A stretch of DNA of 49,182 nucleotides, from the IMG/VR virus record IMGVR_UViG_3300020365_000024, positions 1-49,182 of that record; one strand, given 5' to 3'. Positions 45,924 to 49,182 of this stretch are shown here, in pieces. The position numbers were made by a program, and so were the translations under genes. The first letter of the stretch is position 1. Each line of letters starts with the position of its first letter. Source of the DNA: a virus. Its lineage: Duplodnaviria; Caudoviricetes. The notes beneath the pieces were generated by a model. The model worked only from the letters and a program-made list of their open reading frames with translations, ran no database searches and was not told the DNA's origin.

Positions 45924-48900
45924 CACTAATGATTTGGATTTGTGTTCCTCCTGATTCATTTCCATTAGAAGGATTAGAAACAATTACTTCAGCAGGACTG
46001 CTTGAATTCTGGGAAGGACTTGGAAGACCACCAATGTAAGATGCACCTCCGCCACCACCACCGCCGAAGTAACCACCCTCGTTAACATCATTATCCCATC
46101 CACCACCGCCGCCACCGCCGCCGTAGTAACCGAATCCACCAGCACCACCGTCTCCATCAATACCTCCGCCTCCTCCTCCAGATGAGAAGAATGCACCATC
46201 ACCTCCTCTACTAGCAGATAGATCCCCGCCAGCATTTCCACCTGTTCCACCAGAACCACTCTTATAACCGCTTACAGAACCACCAGTGCCCCCATAAGAA
46301 GTATTTAAATTTGAACCAATAGAACCATTAGGTAATCCAGCTTTACCGCCTGCAGGTTCTGATGGTCTGGGTAGACCGCCAGCCCCTGATTCGCTTCTAG
46401 GATTACCTTGATATCCACCTTCTGCTGCAAGCATAATACAGTTATTACCTATCGCAGATGTTCCATGGAAGACTGCTGCATATCTAGTGTCATAATGAAG
46501 TAAATATGGTTGTCCAGCTTTTGCAGTAAATGTTCCCTGAACATAAGATCCTTGTCCACCATTACCTGGGGGTGTTCCACCACGAAGTCTTATAGTGACA
46601 ATATAATCCTTTGCAGATGGAGTTAAGAATGCAGGTTCTGACAATGTAGTTGTACTAGAAAGACTAGTAATATCTACTGATGTTCCACTAACAGTGCCAA
46701 TAATTTCTAATGACCCAGGAACGGTCATTGAAATGACTGCTAGACCATTTTGACTAGCTCCACCATGACCACTAACGTGCTCTGGAGGTAATGAAGCAGG
46801 AACGGGCGCTGCACCACCTGCAGTTCCTGTATTACCTACACTAGCACTGGTATATGCTAGAGAGATAGAACCTGATCCTCCTGCTCCACCACCGCCAGTA
46901 CAGTTACCATTACCATCTCCGCCAGCACCAGCGCCGCCCGAAACTCCTGATCCACCTCCACCGCCACGGTTACCTTGGTTTATGCCAGAACCGCCGCCAG
47001 CGCCGCCTCCAAATCTTCCAGAAGTACCACTAACTTGACCAGTGTTTGGACCTGTTCCAGCACCGCCACCTCCAGTACCTCCACCGCCGCCACCTTGTCC
47101 ATTCTGACCAGCACCACCACCGCCACCTACGATAGCTGAAAGACCATTAAAAGTAATTTCAGATCTTTGACCGCCACGACCAGCACCATATCCTGCCTGA
47201 CCTGTTGGAGATCCCTCTCCAGTAGAACCTACAAATACTGATATAGTTCTTGTCGCTGGTGAATAATCATATCTCTTTACATCAAAACCATTACAATAGT
47301 CTCCTTGACCACTGGAACCAGTTCCACAGGAATTATCAGTTTTCCATCCATAAGCACTATTGGATCTGTAAGTTCCCCAGGTATAAGCGTAGGTTCCAAC
47401 AATTATATAACCATCTTCATTTGGTGCATATGTTCCATCATATACCAGAGTTCCTTGCCACAAAATTTGTAATTGTCTTACACCATTGATACCAACGGTT
47501 TCTGGTCCCCCAGTTCTAGTATACCAACCATTTTGAGTATTAGTACAAGATGGTTTTTCAACTAAACCACCCTGACCCGTTTTTACTACCACATTGGTAT
47601 ATGAAGAACCTGATGTAGTGCTAGGTATAGTGACTGTTCCCGTCGCATATCCTCCACCACCACCGCTAAAACTTCCTGTAGGACATTCACCGACACCTTG
47701 CCCGCCAGCGCCCCACAACCAATAAGTAAATCCAGTTGCACTGGTGGGAACTGTAACGCTAGTTTCGCCAGTCTGTGTAATATTATATACTTGTGATCCA
47801 GCAGCTGTAACTAATGTCACAACTTCTTCTGTAATTTTACTGGCACAAAATTCATTAACAAGTTTACAGCGATAAGTATCACTATTATTAGAACTTGATA
47901 CTGTTGGTGTGGTATAACTTTCACTTGTAGCACCAGTAATATCGGAGAACGTAGTTTCTCCAGATCCTCGCTTTTGCCATTGATATGAAATTGTCTGCCC
48001 AGAAACGCCAACGATTGCTGCCTTAACATTAAAAGTTGCTGTTCCTGACTGCAATACAACAGATCTTGGTTGAGTAATTAAATCAATGTATGCTGGTTCG
48101 ATTACAATTCTAGAATTTTGTTGCTCTTCACCAGCATCACCACGATTGGGATGAGTAGATCCTCCAAATGCACCAGTAGTTCCAACTGCAGTGGAATGAA
48201 CAAAACCAGATCCTCCTGCTCCGCCTCCACCAGCCTGTGGTCCTTTGCCAGGGTTATTGCTACTGCCATCATATCCATCATGACCGCCAGCACCTCCACC
48301 GCCGCCATAATATCCACCACCGCCGCCACCGCCTCCAGCGGCAGAGTATGATCCAGAATTAGATCCTCCAGATCCACCAGATAGTGCAGATCCCGCACTA
48401 CCATTAGTGCTGCCTCCAGATGATGTAGCACCGCCAGCACCACCTAATGATTGAGTGGCACCATACCCTCCTTTAGCAGAAATTGTTGATAATGTACTAT
48501 TGGATCCATCGGATGCCACTGTACCACCACCAGCACCACCAATAACTTTTGCACCTCCATTATGACTAAAACTACCTTGAACTGTAGTATATTTTGTACA
48601 AGGATATGAAATTGTTTGAATATCCTGGTATTCAATAGTCCAGGAACAACTAGCAACATAACTTGAATATCCATTATCATTCCTGCGGAATGCAAGAACC
48701 ATCCATTGCGAAGTTTTAGTTAGTTGAAACGTATCAAGATAAAATCCAGGACAAGCACCACCAGCAGCAGTACAACTACTAGTACTTACTTGCAAGGTAT
48801 ATTGACCACTAGGCATGGTACTATCGAATCCAATAATATAATATCTTGCAGGTGGTTGAATATTGTATATCACACTGGTATTACCATACCAGTTAAGATA

Positions 48901-49182
48901 ATTATTACTTCTGGTTGCATTATCATATGAATGAGAAAATCCACCACTTTTACGGACACTATTATCAACTGTTTGATAACAAGTAGTCTGATATGGCGAT
49001 TGATAATAATAAGAATATGATACTGTTTGTTGAGCACCACCACAAGTAGATGAAGTGTTTAAACTAGCGCCTCCAGCACCGCCTGCAATAGCGAGAGCAT
49101 TAGCATGAGATACCGAAGTATCAAAGATACCTGCATACCCTCCTCCTGCCTCTGCATAGCGCCCAGAGTCTGATGTTCCTGC
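45910..49182 (-). CDS. Glycine-rich fibre/adhesin protein with Ig-like domain, 5'-truncated (more than 1090 aa)
   Basis: The frame of the 987-aa track ORF stays open to the window edge (AGTSDSGRYAEAGGGYAGIFD...). It has GGGGGGYYGGGGG...GAGGSG blocks and an ITQP...ATF.V.A......SYQWQK...YRC Ig module. Confidence 0.85.
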   Translation of the reverse strand, partial: AGTSDSGRYAEAGGGYAGIFDTSVSHANALAIAGGAGGASLNTSSTCGGAQQTVSYSYYYQSPYQTTCYQTVDNSVRKSGGFSHSYDNATRSNNYLNWYGNTSVIYNIQPPARYYIIGFDSTMPSGQYTLQVSTSSCTAAGGACPGFYLDTFQLTKTSQWMVLAFRRNDNGYSSYVASCSWTIEYQDIQTISYPCTKYTTVQGSFSHNGGAKVIGGAGGGTVASDGSNSTLSTISAKGGYGATQSLGGAGGATSSGGSTNGSAGSALSGGSGGSNSGSYSAAGGGGGGGGYYGGGGGAGGHDGYDGSSNNPGKGPQAGGGGAGGSGFVHSTAVGTTGAFGGSTHPNRGDAGEEQQNSRIVIEPAYIDLITQPRSVVLQSGTATFNVKAAIVGVSGQTISYQWQKRGSGETTFSDITGATSESYTTPTVSSSNNSDTYRCKLVNEFCASKITEEVVTLVTAAGSQVYNITQTGETSVTVPTSATGFTYWLWGAGGQGVGECPTGSFSGGGGGYATGTVTIPSTTSGSSYTNVVVKTGQGGLVEKPSCTNTQNGWYTRTGGPETVGINGVRQLQILWQGTLVYDGTYAPNEDGYIIVGTYAYTWGTYRSNSAYGWKTDNSCGTGSSGQGDYCNGFDVKRYDYSPATRTISVFVGSTGEGSPTGQAGYGAGRGGQRSEITFNGLSAIVGGGGGAGQNGQGGGGGGTGGGGAGTGPNTGQVSGTSGRFGGGAGGGSGINQGNRGGGGGSGVSGGAGAGGDGNGNCTGGGGAGGSGSISLAYTSASVGNTGTAGGAAPVPASLPPEHVSGHGGASQNGLAVISMTVPGSLEIIGTVSGTSVDITSLSSTTTLSEPAFLTPSAKDYIVTIRLRGGTPPGNGGQGSYVQGTFTAKAGQPYLLHYDTRYAAVFHGTSAIGNNCIMLAAEGGYQGNPRSESGAGGLPRPSEPAGGKAGLPNGSIGSNLNTSYGGTGGSVSGYKSGSGGTGGNAGGDLSASRGGDGAFFSSGGGGGGIDGDGGAGGFGYYGGGGGGGGWDNDVNEGGYFGGGGGGGASYIGGLPSPSQNSSSPAEVIVSNPSNGNESGGTQIQIISVAEA

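Noticed and set aside
48871-48873. GTG start assigned to the 987-aa ORF
   Set aside because: The frame is open for another 103 codons to the window edge with the same Gly-rich character, so the real start is outside the window.
3260-48930. Numerous 60-170-aa plus-strand ORFs opposite the structural genes
   Set aside because: They lie wholly or mostly antisense to well-supported genes, have Pro/Val/Ser-biased mirror composition, and show no recognisable motifs.

Overview
A 49 kb piece of a T4-like marine myovirus genome, most likely a cyanophage (Kyanoviridae-type). It is almost entirely the late virion-structure module on the minus strand. In transcription order (right to left): a 5'-truncated Gly/Cys-rich Ig-domain fibre/adhesin (45910..>49182); four small overlapping ORFs, three missed by the ORF track; baseplate genes gp25, gp6, a very large gp7 and gp8; a 2530-aa DUF4815/VrlC-like virion protein; a block of fibre and accessory genes; an AT-rich, partly inverted island of 2OG-Fe(II) oxygenase-like genes; and the start of neck gene gp13 at the left edge. 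T4 late promoters (TATAAATA), sigma70-type promoters and intrinsic terminators are readable directly, and several are nested inside one another. The best candidate for an undescribed system is 3532..18048. It holds a 390-aa subunit gene with its own late promoter and a short-tailed terminator, a 2445-aa repeat protein with about 10 triplets of D-x-G-x-[IV] motifs, a stand-alone 62-aa Mtd_N-like gene with its own late promoter, and an 1870-aa protein with an apparent type-1 copper site. I infer a scaffold/adaptor/effector branched appendage, which is untested. Family assignments come from motif recognition only; no searches were run. No rRNA, tRNA, CRISPR array, integrase, transposase or reverse transcriptase was seen.
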